From: Thermoanaerobaculia bacterium
GTDB taxonomy: Bacteria > Acidobacteriota > Thermoanaerobaculia > Multivoradales > UBA5704
Assembly (NCBI GenBank): GCA_035940855.1
Contig: DASZEM010000007.1
Span: 138,928-202,927, forward strand
Direction: 5' to 3'
DNA: 64,000 nt
The position numbers and the translations under genes are program-made. Shown one piece after another: positions 48,692 through 57,958 of this stretch. Position 1 is the stretch's first letter. The number at the start of each line of letters is the position of its first letter. Below the pieces are notes generated by a model. The model was not told where the DNA came from. It made no database searches and worked only from the letters and a program-made list of their open reading frames with translations.

Positions 48692-51600
48692 GGACGGATC
48701 GGATCGCCGCTTCGTAGCGCTCGAACATCTGGCGCGCGTCGAGGGCCGATTCCGCGAAGGCGCGGGCGGCGGCTTTCATCCGGCGGTGCTCTTCCGGATG
48801 GGCGGCCAGCCAGCGGATCCGCTCCGCGAAGGCCCGGACGTCGCCGGGCTCGCAGAGGAAGCCCGTCACCCCGTCCTGGATGAGCTCGGGCAGCGCGCCC
48901 ACCCGCGAGGCGATCACCGGCACCCCGAGGGCGAGGCTCTCCAGGACCGCCACCGGCCGGCCGTCGAACCGGGACGGCAGGATCAGGGCGTCGTAGGTCG
49001 CCATGTAGCCGCGGACGTGCTCGACCTGGCCCAGGAAGCGCAGGGAGTCGCCGAGGGCCATCTTCTCGATGCGCTGCTCCACCTGCCCGGCCAGCGGGCC
49101 GGCGCCGGTCATCAGGAAGACGAGCCGGGGATCGCTCCGGCAGGCGCGGGCGATCTTGAGGAAAGCCTCGGGGTCCTTCTCCTCGGACAACCGGCCGGAG
49201 AAACCGGCGATGAACGACTCGGGCGCGATGCCCAACTCGCTCAGGATGGAGGCGGACTTGCCATACGGGCGGAAAGCTTCGAGGTCGACTCCGCTCGGGA
49301 CCTGCAGCACCTTCTCGGGCATCTCGCCGGCCTCGGCCAGCCAGGCGGCCACCTCCTGGTTCTCGACCAGGATCTTGTCGAAACAGGAGGCGTACTTCCG
49401 GTTGCTCCCCGTGTGACCAATGGTGTTGAAGAGCAGGTCGATCACCTTGAGCTCCGGGTAATCCGACTTGATCCGGGGCAGCAGCTCGTAGAACACCCGG
49501 CTGCCGACGATCCACAGCAGCGAGACGTCCCGGGTCTCGAGCAGATAGCCGATGAACTCCTGCCAGCGGTTCGGCTCGAGGAAGCGCGGCAGGTGGTAGA
49601 TCTCGGCCGTCGCCTTCTCGAACCAGGCCGTCGAGTCGCCGTAGACGGGATAGACGTACTCGGTCGTCACCACCACGATCCGGAACCCGTGCGCGGCGAG
49701 CCAGGTCGAGACCTCGCTCATCAGGCGTTCCGCTCCGCCGATGACCAGGAACGGCATGGCGATCAGGATCGTCGCCTGACCGGCGGGAGCGGCCGGCACG
49801 CCGTTCTTCAGGTTGACGAAGCCGTCCTCCATCCGGACCTTGAGCCGCCGGTTCTCCTCGCTGCGGCGCAAGGCCTCGTCAGTGAGGACGTCCCGGTTGA
49901 ATTCGGTCACCGCCTCGCGCTGGCGGTCCATGGAGGGCACCGCCTGGTTCTGGCTGCTCAGGCTCTGGCACGAGTGGACGCGATAGAGGAAGAGAGGCTC
50001 TTCGACGATGTTGGCGATCCTGGCGCCCAGGGCGGCGAAGCGTATCCAGAGCCGCCAGTCCTCGTAGAAGTAATCGCTGCCGATCCCGTGGTCCTGGTAT
50101 CCCCCCGCCCGGTTCCAGAGGTCCTTGCGGAACACGGCGCAGGTACTGACGTTGTTGCCCTGAAGCATGTCGGCGAGCGCGGGGAACCGCTCCAGGTGAT
50201 AGACCTCGCTCTTGTCGCCGAAGCTCCGGATGGAGGTCGAAACAAGGTCGTAATCCTGGGTTTCGAGCAGGAACAGGGCCTTCTCGAGGTAGGTGGGCTT
50301 GATCATGTCGTCGGCGTCGAGGCAGCAGACGTACTTGCCCTGGGCCCGGGAGATGCCGAAGTTGCGGTTGTCCCCCACGAGATGGCGGCCCTCGCGGAAC
50401 CAGACCCGCGTCTTCGGCCGGTCGAGCGCTTTCAGGGCCGCCAGGGAGTCGGCGGAGGAGGAGCCCCCGTCGATCACCAGGATCTCGAAATCCTGAAAGG
50501 TCTGGGCGAGGACGGAGTCCACGGCCTCGGAGACGAAGTGGCCGTAGTTGTAGCAGGGGATGATCACGCTCACCAGCGGCCGCGAGGCGGGCCAGGGCTC
50601 CTGGCGGCGGACGGTGAATTCGGCCGGATGCTCGGCGACCGCGATCGCGGCGGCCGCCTGGTGGGTCTCCTGGTTGACGGAATGCTGCACGAGCTGGTTC
50701 ACGTGCAGCTTGAGCGAGGGCAGGTCGCCGCGCAGGAGGAGGGCGGCGGCCGAGGTCGCGCGGCGCCAGGACAGCCTCTGGACCAGATCGCGCAGGCGGG
50801 CCACGGCCACGTCGGGAGGCGCGTCGTCCGGAACCGACAGCCAGGCCAGCACGGCCCCCCGCAGCTTGAACCGCGTGTGGCCGGAGATGGGCAGCAGGCG
50901 GTAGGCGAAGCGGGCCGTGCGCCAGGCGGCGACTCCGGGCCGCAAGGCGGCCCGGAGCTTCCACCAGCGGTCGACCAGCCGCCACGCCCGCGAGGAGACG
51001 AGGGTGAGGAGGCTCGCGTCCAGCCGTTCCGCCTCGCGGCGGACCTCCTGGAGGGCGCGGTCCCGCTCGGCGAGCCGGTCTTCGCTCTCCTGGAGCCTGG
51101 CCGCGATGGCCGCGATGCCCGCCTCGGCCTCCTGCAGCTTCGCCTGCAGCTCCGCGTACCGGGCTTCCTGGGCTTCCTGGACTTCCTGCAGCTCCTCGTG
51201 CCGGGCTTCCGCGGCCTCGGCCCGCTCGCGTTCGCGCCCGAGGTCGCTCTCCAGCCTCGCCAGCGTCCGGCGCAGCTCCCCGGCTTGGGCTTCCGCGAGC
51301 TCCGCCCGGTCGAGAGCGGCCGCGATCTGCTGGTGGAGGGTCTCGCGCTCCCGGCCGCCATCGTTCTCGCCGCGCGACAGGTCGAGGCTCCAGAGCGCCG
51401 CCAGCCGGTGGAGGAGCTCCGGAGTCACCCTCTCCGGGGGGAGCTCGGCGAGCAGGGCGGTGGTCTCGACCGTGGAGCGGGCGGCGTGGACGAGGTCGAA
51501 GAAGAGCCGGAAGGAGCGCTCCCGGCGGGATCTGAGCCTGGAGATCGGCGAATCGGCCAGGTGCCGGAAGAAAGCCGCCAGCTCCCGGTGCCTCGCCGGG

Positions 51601-52415
51601 GAGCGCGTCGCGAGACCCACGAAGGTGCTGCCGTAATCCCTGATCACGGCCTCGCGCCCGAGGAGGGGCAGCTCGAAGACGGACTCGAAGAGGAAGGCCA
51701 ACCCTTCGAGAGTGGGGTAGTAGACGTGCTCGAGAGAAGAGTTGAACCAGACCCGGTTGTCCTGGGTGGGCGAGAGGAGGGGGACCTCGAAGACCAGCAC
51801 GCCCTCGGGCGCCAGGAGCTTCCGGATCTGGTCCAACGCCGTCCGGATGTCCGGCACGTGCTCGAGGACGGCGATCGCGGTGATCACGTCGAAGGAGCCG
51901 CCGTGCTCCTCGGGCAGGCGCGGATCACAGACGTCCTGGCCCAGCATCCGGATGCCGGCCCGTTGGCACTGCTCGGAGAGGCGCTCGTTGACCTCGATGC
52001 CGTGGAGTTGGTAGCCGGGGCCGAGCAGCCGCAGCAGGTGGCCGTCCGCGCACCCCACGTCGAGAGCTGTACCGCCGGGGCTCAGGAGGTGGACGAGGTC
52101 GGCGACCCAGGCGAGAGAGTGCGCCGCCACCAGGGAGTATGTGGAGTAACCGAGCTCGCCCGCCTCGGGACTCGCGTAGTAGGCGTCGGAGTAGTAGGCC
52201 GACGTGTCGAGAGGGCGCTCTGCCACGATCCCCATCCGGCAGCGCGCGCACTGCAGGACCGGGATGCCGTCGCTGCGCGTGCCGAGCCGGTCCAGGAGCG
52301 CTCCGCCGCAGACCGGACAGGCGTCCACGGGCACGGTCTCCGGGGGGGAGCCCGGCCTGGAGGATCGGCCCGCGCCTTGCGACGGCACCGGCAAGCCAAG
52401 CGCAGCCCTATCCAT
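48684..52415 (-). CDS. giant multidomain glycan-assembly protein: Zn-ribbon + class I SAM-methyltransferase, coiled-coil, GT2, GT4
   Basis: CPVCGG…CARC; MTase motif I LDVGCADGHL. ~150-aa E/A/R/L-rich heptad region (AEAQAGELRRTLARLESDLGRERERAEAAEARHEELQEV…). GT2 (VSVIIPCYNYGHFVSEAVDSV…DADD). GT4 (E-x7-E region LESLALGVPVIAS). Confidence 0.8.
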   Translation of the reverse strand: MDRAALGLPVPSQGAGRSSRPGSPPETVPVDACPVCGGALLDRLGTRSDGIPVLQCARCRMGIVAERPLDTSAYYSDAYYASPEAGELGYSTYSLVAAHSLAWVADLVHLLSPGGTALDVGCADGHLLRLLGPGYQLHGIEVNERLSEQCQRAGIRMLGQDVCDPRLPEEHGGSFDVITAIAVLEHVPDIRTALDQIRKLLAPEGVLVFEVPLLSPTQDNRVWFNSSLEHVYYPTLEGLAFLFESVFELPLLGREAVIRDYGSTFVGLATRSPARHRELAAFFRHLADSPISRLRSRRERSFRLFFDLVHAARSTVETTALLAELPPERVTPELLHRLAALWSLDLSRGENDGGRERETLHQQIAAALDRAELAEAQAGELRRTLARLESDLGRERERAEAAEARHEELQEVQEAQEARYAELQAKLQEAEAGIAAIAARLQESEDRLAERDRALQEVRREAERLDASLLTLVSSRAWRLVDRWWKLRAALRPGVAAWRTARFAYRLLPISGHTRFKLRGAVLAWLSVPDDAPPDVAVARLRDLVQRLSWRRATSAAALLLRGDLPSLKLHVNQLVQHSVNQETHQAAAAIAVAEHPAEFTVRRQEPWPASRPLVSVIIPCYNYGHFVSEAVDSVLAQTFQDFEILVIDGGSSSADSLAALKALDRPKTRVWFREGRHLVGDNRNFGISRAQGKYVCCLDADDMIKPTYLEKALFLLETQDYDLVSTSIRSFGDKSEVYHLERFPALADMLQGNNVSTCAVFRKDLWNRAGGYQDHGIGSDYFYEDWRLWIRFAALGARIANIVEEPLFLYRVHSCQSLSSQNQAVPSMDRQREAVTEFNRDVLTDEALRRSEENRRLKVRMEDGFVNLKNGVPAAPAGQATILIAMPFLVIGGAERLMSEVSTWLAAHGFRIVVVTTEYVYPVYGDSTAWFEKATAEIYHLPRFLEPNRWQEFIGYLLETRDVSLLWIVGSRVFYELLPRIKSDYPELKVIDLLFNTIGHTGSNRKYASCFDKILVENQEVAAWLAEAGEMPEKVLQVPSGVDLEAFRPYGKSASILSELGIAPESFIAGFSGRLSEEKDPEAFLKIARACRSDPRLVFLMTGAGPLAGQVEQRIEKMALGDSLRFLGQVEHVRGYMATYDALILPSRFDGRPVAVLESLALGVPVIASRVGALPELIQDGVTGFLCEPGDVRAFAERIRWLAAHPEEHRRMKAAARAFAESALDARQMFERYEAAIRSVLT

Positions 52416-52438
52416 TCTTCGACACCTGGGGTCGCCGG

Positions 52439-54142
52439 TCAGACTTTCCGTGATTTCGGCCTGTAGATCCTGTAGTCCCCGAAACTCGCTACCAGATCCG
52501 CGTTCCCGGCGATCCAGTCCCGCAGAACCGGCCGAAATGCGAGTTGATCCGGGCCATTGCCTTCTGTAAACACGATATAGCTTACCCGACCGGACTCCCA
52601 GGCCGCAATCAGCCGCGCCGCGGACGCGTCGTCATAGAGGGCGGCGTAGTTCTCGACGTACCGTCTCTTGGCCAGGAAGCCGACATCCTTCATGGAGGTG
52701 ATGATCTCCTGCTCCGACGTGTGGGCCCAGAGGAAGGCCGCCGCCTCCCGTAGCCCCCGCTGGCCGTAGTTGTAGGTCGTGGAGTACTCGACGCGGCTCT
52801 GGTGCAGGGCGGTCCCTGCCTGGAGGCCCGCGTGCAGCAGCAGCGCGCAGGCCGCGAGATCCGCTCCCGCCCGCTTCAGGCGCGGCCCTCCCGCCGCCCA
52901 GGCGATCAGGCCCGCCGCGGCCACGCCCGCCGGGATCCACAGCGACAGCGCCCGCGGGTAGACCATGCCGCCCTTCAGGAGGGCGTCCCGGACGGCGGCG
53001 CCCCCGATCCACAGGCCCGCCAGCCAGACCCCCGCGCCGGCCGCCAGCCGTCCGGTCCCGGCCCGCGCGGTGCCGCGCTCCCACGGCACGGCGACCAGGA
53101 GCACGGGCGCGCTGGTGAGCAGGGCCCAGAAGACGAAGGTGTACTTGAAGGGCGCGCCCGCGAAGCTCATCACCTGGCCACAGTAGTAGATGACGCTGAA
53201 GACGCTGAGACCCAGCAGGAAGAAGTAGTAGAGGGCGCGCCGCTCGCGGTCCCGCCACCAGCGGCGGGCGGCGGCCGCGAGCAGCGCCAGGGCGCTCAGC
53301 CAGGGCAACAGCCCCGTCCACCGCAGGGTGAACGGCACCATGAACGTGAAGTTCGCGCGATAATTGAGCAGCCGTCCCGGTCCGAGCATGCTCGCCCGCA
53401 GGAACTGGAACGTGTAGACCACGTCCAGTCCCGTGAGGGCCCCGTAGAGCCAGTACGTCGAGAGGAACCCCGCCAGGCCGGCGGCGGACACGCCGGCCGT
53501 GACCAGGACCGCCTTCTTCCAGCCCAGGAGCGGCGCGAGGAACAGGAACAGGAACGGAAAGAGGAGGAAGACGGTCGTGAGCTTCGCCCAGAGGGCGCCG
53601 GTCAGGGCCAGCGCCACGAGCGCCGGTTCCCAGAAGCGGGGTATGTCCTCCCGCCAGCGGCCGTCGCGCCAGCCGATCCGGATCACGCTCCAGAGGACCA
53701 GGGTGAGCAGCGGACCATAGACCGTCGAGTCGATGTCGGGGATCGCGGAGACCTGCAGCGTGTAGGGGTTCAGCAGGAAGGCCAGCCAGAACAGCCAGCG
53801 CCACCGCCGCACCCGCTCCTCCCCGAAGAGGCGGCCCAGGATCCGCAGGGCCAGCCAGCCCTGGAGGAGGGCGCACAGGGCGCCGAACATCCGCGCCTGG
53901 GCCGGGCCGCTGCCGAAAAGCCGGAACCATCCCGCCAGCGTGTAGATGTACAGCGGCGGGTGGTAGAGACCGCTGTGGGCCCGGTTCTCCTCGCCCCGGT
54001 AGTAGATGGGCTTGCCGCTCCGGGCCGTGGCCTCCGCCACCGCCGGGAAGTCCATGTCGTCGAGGTGCAGCGGCTTCGCGGCCTGGTGGGCCGCCAGGAC
54101 CAGGAACAGCAGGATGGCGCCCCGCGAGACCGCTTCCCTCAT
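52439..54142 (-). CDS. GT-C fold integral-membrane glycosyltransferase (ArnT/PMT-like, polyprenyl-phosphate-sugar dependent)
   Basis: ≥11 TM helices. First periplasmic loop DD motif (HLDDMDFPAVAE). ATGA-coupled to the upstream MTase. The ORF track's longer frame (to 54715) overlaps the MTase gene. Confidence 0.65.
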   Translation of the reverse strand: MREAVSRGAILLFLVLAAHQAAKPLHLDDMDFPAVAEATARSGKPIYYRGEENRAHSGLYHPPLYIYTLAGWFRLFGSGPAQARMFGALCALLQGWLALRILGRLFGEERVRRWRWLFWLAFLLNPYTLQVSAIPDIDSTVYGPLLTLVLWSVIRIGWRDGRWREDIPRFWEPALVALALTGALWAKLTTVFLLFPFLFLFLAPLLGWKKAVLVTAGVSAAGLAGFLSTYWLYGALTGLDVVYTFQFLRASMLGPGRLLNYRANFTFMVPFTLRWTGLLPWLSALALLAAAARRWWRDRERRALYYFFLLGLSVFSVIYYCGQVMSFAGAPFKYTFVFWALLTSAPVLLVAVPWERGTARAGTGRLAAGAGVWLAGLWIGGAAVRDALLKGGMVYPRALSLWIPAGVAAAGLIAWAAGGPRLKRAGADLAACALLLHAGLQAGTALHQSRVEYSTTYNYGQRGLREAAAFLWAHTSEQEIITSMKDVGFLAKRRYVENYAALYDDASAARLIAAWESGRVSYIVFTEGNGPDQLAFRPVLRDWIAGNADLVASFGDYRIYRPKSRKV

Positions 54143-54786
54143 GAGCTCGGCCTCCATTCCGCCCGGATGAACATCTGCTTGGCGAAGGGCTTGACCGGCA
54201 GGAGCAGATACAGCCGGATGAGGAAGGGGATCACGGGGAACCTCGATTTGATCGTCAACGGCAGGAAGCGGGGCTTGACCAGGATCACCCGGAAGCCGTG
54301 CGCGGCCAGCAGGTCGCACAGGCCCCGGTCGGAGAACACGGACACGTGCGTGTAGTCGTCGAAGTACTCCCGGTAGGCGTAGCGGTAGTTGGGTTGCAGC
54401 ACGTTGAGCGTCCCCCCGGGCCGGAGCTTCTTCTTGAGCTCCTCCAGGGTGGCCGAGAGCTCTTCCCGCGTCAGGTGCTCGAAAAGGTTGCTGGCGAAGG
54501 CGAAGTCCACCGAGCCGTCGGGGACGAAGCCGAGATCGCTGGCGCTGCCCACCTTCGTCCGCACGCCGGGGTCGACGAAGGCGGTGAACCCCTCCCACTG
54601 GTCCACGGCGAGCCGCTGGGCGCAGCGCACGTGATTGATGAAGTGTCCATAGCCGGCGCCCAGCTCGAGAACGTGGAAGCCGGGGGGGATCAGCCGAGAG
54701 AAATACGCTTCCCACAGGGTCTTCCAGAGCCGGTCGCGGCGCCGGTCGAACGTGAAGCGCGTCTCGTGATAGTTGTCCACCGACAT
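54139..54786 (-). CDS. class I SAM-dependent methyltransferase
   Basis: Motif I VLELGAGYGHF, motif post-I, DFAFASNLFEHL. Confidence 0.8.
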   Translation of the reverse strand: MSVDNYHETRFTFDRRRDRLWKTLWEAYFSRLIPPGFHVLELGAGYGHFINHVRCAQRLAVDQWEGFTAFVDPGVRTKVGSASDLGFVPDGSVDFAFASNLFEHLTREELSATLEELKKKLRPGGTLNVLQPNYRYAYREYFDDYTHVSVFSDRGLCDLLAAHGFRVILVKPRFLPLTIKSRFPVIPFLIRLYLLLPVKPFAKQMFIRAEWRPSS

Positions 54787-55769
54787 TAGCGAGTCTCAGG
54801 CCAGCCGAAGATCAGACCCTTGATCATTTTCAAGCCCACTTTCAAGGCGCGCAGGTTGCTGACATTGCCCCCCTTGCTCACGCCGACCCGGTCGAAGAAG
54901 GTCACCGGGCACTCCACGATCTCGACGCCGAAGCGCAGGGCGGTGTCGAGGAAATGGGCGTTGAACTCGAGGTTGACGGCGGAGTTGAGGCGGGGCAGGA
55001 GGTCGCGGAGCACGCTGTTGCGGCACAGCTTGTAGGTGGTGCCCACGTCCGTGAAGGTGCCCGTGCCGAGGTGCTTGGCCTCGAGCAGCTTGCCGACGAA
55101 AAAGTTGCCGTAGTACATGAACGTCGTGAGCTGGGTCTTGGGGCTCCTCAACTGCTCCACGATGCGCGTGCCGTTGACGACGTCGGCGTGCGGGATATAG
55201 GCCAGGAACTTGTCGACGTCGAAGGCGCGGAAGGTCCGGTCGCCCTCGCACAGCAGGGTCAGCTCGGTGTCCTCGTAAGCCATGCCCTCGCGCAACGCGC
55301 GGTGGACGCAGCGGCCATAGCCGGGCCGCGGCTCCGTCACCACGATGGCCCCATGCCTGCGCGCGGTCTCGGCGGTCCCGTCGGCGCTGTTGTTGTCCAC
55401 GACGAGGACCCGCTTCACCCGCGGATGGGAGCGGAAGTCGTCGACCGCCTCGCCGATGCTCGCTTCGTCGTTGTAGGCCGTGAGCACGGCCGTGACCTCG
55501 GTGGTCGCGGGCACCTCGAAGCGGACGCCGTGCCTCTTGCGTTTCAAGGGGGCGAGGAACGCCAGGTCCAGGGCCACCAGGAGGATGCCCAGCAGCAGGG
55601 GGATGCCGCTGTACCAGACGATCCTGTGATGGATCGCCGCGAAAGCCGCCGGCGGGAACAGCAGCCTCCCGGGCAGAGCGATCAGGACGCCGAAGAGATA
55701 CAACGCCAGGCTGCCGCTAATCGAAAGCAGCCCGTAGAGGAGCAGCGGCGCTCTGAAACCCGTCCTCAT
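54786..55769 (-). CDS. membrane-anchored GT2 polyprenyl-phosphate sugar synthase (ArnC/GtrB/DPM1-like)
   Basis: Two N-terminal TM helices, then VTAVLTAYNDEASIGEAV…VLVVDNNSADGT…EGD. Confidence 0.8.
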   Translation of the reverse strand: MRTGFRAPLLLYGLLSISGSLALYLFGVLIALPGRLLFPPAAFAAIHHRIVWYSGIPLLLGILLVALDLAFLAPLKRKRHGVRFEVPATTEVTAVLTAYNDEASIGEAVDDFRSHPRVKRVLVVDNNSADGTAETARRHGAIVVTEPRPGYGRCVHRALREGMAYEDTELTLLCEGDRTFRAFDVDKFLAYIPHADVVNGTRIVEQLRSPKTQLTTFMYYGNFFVGKLLEAKHLGTGTFTDVGTTYKLCRNSVLRDLLPRLNSAVNLEFNAHFLDTALRFGVEIVECPVTFFDRVGVSKGGNVSNLRALKVGLKMIKGLIFGWPETR

Positions 55770-57331
55770 TGCTGTGTCTGAAGGCAGATGATCGCAAGAT
55801 GGCCCTGGACCGCGACGGATTCCGGGCCGGGCCAGGGCTGGACGGAACGGCAGTAGACCTCCGCGGCCGCGATCTCCGCGGGATCTTTCGCTTGTATGAA
55901 GTCGTACCCCGAGACCTCTCTCAGGATCGTCAGCCTTCCTTGGAGGGCGCCGAAAGCGGAGATGTTCATGTCGTGGTCCGCCGTCGAGTACGGCAACGGA
56001 TACCGCCACTCCTTTCCCACCACGGCCACGGAGGCGATCTGCGCAAAGCCGGGCGACATCTCGAGCCGTCCCACGATCCGGCTCGCCCTCAACTGATCAC
56101 GCGTGTTCAGCCGCAATTGTTCTCTCAGAATCCGGTTGTCCGCCCCGATGAAGGAGAGGAGGATCAAGGCGGCGATGAGTCCCAGCAGCTTCCTTGCGGT
56201 GCCGCCGAAACATAGCCAGGAGATCACCAGGAGCCCGGCCCAGAAGATCCCGACGTGGGACATGACTCTGGGAACGGGCCAGAACTCCGCCAGGACGATG
56301 ATGATCCCCACGCTCCAGACCAGAGCGGCCGCGATCAGCGCATAGGCCAGGAGCAGAAGCGCCGCAGCCCGCGCCTGCAGCCACGGCCGTGCGCGCCAGA
56401 GCAGCCCCGCCAGGGCAGTCAGGAGGAGCAGCAGCAGCAGCTTCTGTGTAAGCGGCACTACCATCGGCCCTGGCTTGAGGAGGCGGTAGTCAAGGATGTC
56501 CAGGACCATGCCCGCCCTCGTGGGGATCTCCCGGAGTGGGAGGAGCGCGGTCCGCGCGGAGCGGACGACGGCCAGCGCCCTGGAGATGGCGGCATCCAGG
56601 AGGATATAGCCCGCCGTTCCGAGGATGGCGCAGAGCAGGAGGCCGGTGTTCCTGTGCCACAGGAACCTCCTGGGCGCAAGCAGCGACGTGACTCGCTTCG
56701 GCCAGCCGGCCGCTGCACCGATCCGCAGATAACGAGTGAGCCAGACCGCCCCCCCCATGGCGACGACCATCAGGCAGTAGTGGAGGACCACCTGATAGAT
56801 AGACAGCGCGAATGCGAACAGAGCCGCCCCGGCAAGCACTTGGCGGGGGGACCATCTCAAGGGGATCAACAGGAGGGAGAACAGGGCCAGCGCGACCATG
56901 GCGCTCCCCAGGGCCGTGCGGAACGTGAAGATTTCGGTCGTGTAGGGATGGTTGACCACGATGCCGGCGGCCGCCACGGGCAGCCAGCCCTGGTGGCCGA
57001 GGTTCCAGTGCCGGACGATCAACGTGCCGAGGAGCGCCGACGTGAAGATCGCAAGACCGGTGAAGAAGACCGTGGCATAGGTGGGCTCGAGCTGAAGGTG
57101 ATAGAACAGTTGGGTCACGATCGCCTGGCCGAAGCGCCCTTGCTTGAGCATGCCGAGAGAAGGCGACTCCAAGCCAAAAATGTAATAGTCGTCGATCGAA
57201 TAGGCCGGTAGAAAGGCCAGTCCCTTGGCGATCGCCGTCACCAGCAGGGTGGCGAGGAAGACCCTGTCCCGCAAGAGGGCTCGGAGTTGGGGCACGGGGG
57301 GAGCGTATCCGCGGAGGGAGCACTGTGGCAA
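55766..57331 (-). CDS. polytopic membrane protein, possible GT-C/GtrII-like glycosyltransferase
   Basis: ~12 TM helices plus a C-terminal soluble domain. ATGA-coupled to the GT2 sugar synthase. Start uncertain. Confidence 0.5.
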   Translation of the reverse strand: MPQCSLRGYAPPVPQLRALLRDRVFLATLLVTAIAKGLAFLPAYSIDDYYIFGLESPSLGMLKQGRFGQAIVTQLFYHLQLEPTYATVFFTGLAIFTSALLGTLIVRHWNLGHQGWLPVAAAGIVVNHPYTTEIFTFRTALGSAMVALALFSLLLIPLRWSPRQVLAGAALFAFALSIYQVVLHYCLMVVAMGGAVWLTRYLRIGAAAGWPKRVTSLLAPRRFLWHRNTGLLLCAILGTAGYILLDAAISRALAVVRSARTALLPLREIPTRAGMVLDILDYRLLKPGPMVVPLTQKLLLLLLLTALAGLLWRARPWLQARAAALLLLAYALIAAALVWSVGIIIVLAEFWPVPRVMSHVGIFWAGLLVISWLCFGGTARKLLGLIAALILLSFIGADNRILREQLRLNTRDQLRASRIVGRLEMSPGFAQIASVAVVGKEWRYPLPYSTADHDMNISAFGALQGRLTILREVSGYDFIQAKDPAEIAAAEVYCRSVQPWPGPESVAVQGHLAIICLQTQQ

Positions 57332-57352
57332 GTGCGATTAGAATCTCCCGCC

Positions 57353-57958
57353 ATGTACCGGTCCGCCGAGTTGCGATTCGTCCTGGCCGCGGCGGCGGCC
57401 GCCATCGCCCTGCTGCTGGCTCTCCTGGCGGTGGCCGCGGAACGGACGGACCTCCTCATGCTGGACTTCCGGGAGTGGCGGCCGGTGACCTCGGGCCTGG
57501 TGGAGCCGTCGCGAAGCCATGTCGAGGCGTACTTCAGAAACCTGCAGTCCGATCCTCCCGACCGCCGCCTGTTCCGGCTGACCCTGCAGCTCGAGTCCGC
57601 GGCCGGCGGGCCCGGTTTCCTGGCGGCCGAGCGCGAGCTCCCGGCCGTCGACGGAGCGCGCTACTGCTTCCGGGTGCTGGCTTCACCCGCGGCGCCGGGC
57701 GCGGCCAGTGGCCTCGGGATCGCCGTGCACGTGAACGGCGCGTTAGCGTGGTCCCGGCCGCTCACGCCCCCGGTGAGAGGGTTCGCCATTTCCGTCCCCG
57801 GCATCCGTCCCCGCCGGGGGAAGGTCAAGATCCGGCTCGAGCTGCGGTCGTCCGGCCCGCAGCGTTCTCCGGCGTCTCCGGCGTCCCCGGCGTCCCCGGC
57901 TCCCGCCGTTCATTTCGAATACGCGACGCTCCGCAGATGCGCGCCGGGAGCCCGGTGA
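57353..57958 (+). CDS. hypothetical membrane-anchored protein with SPA repeat
   Basis: N-terminal hydrophobic anchor AAAAAAIALLLALLAVAA. Good GC3 bias. C-terminal (SPA)4 repeat. Confidence 0.4.
   Translation: MYRSAELRFVLAAAAAAIALLLALLAVAAERTDLLMLDFREWRPVTSGLVEPSRSHVEAYFRNLQSDPPDRRLFRLTLQLESAAGGPGFLAAERELPAVDGARYCFRVLASPAAPGAASGLGIAVHVNGALAWSRPLTPPVRGFAISVPGIRPRRGKVKIRLELRSSGPQRSPASPASPASPAPAVHFEYATLRRCAPGAR
57866..57901 (+). repeat. 4 copies of a 9-nt tandem repeat (TCYCCGGCG) encoding SPASPASPASPA
   Basis: tctccggcg tctccggcg tccccggcg tccccggct. Confidence 0.6.

Noticed and set aside
52439-54715. Long form (758 aa) of the GT-C membrane protein
   Set aside because: The N-terminal 190 codons overlap the methyltransferase gene in another frame and are non-hydrophobic R/P-rich sequence. 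The start was set at the ATG at 54142, coupled to the MTase stop.
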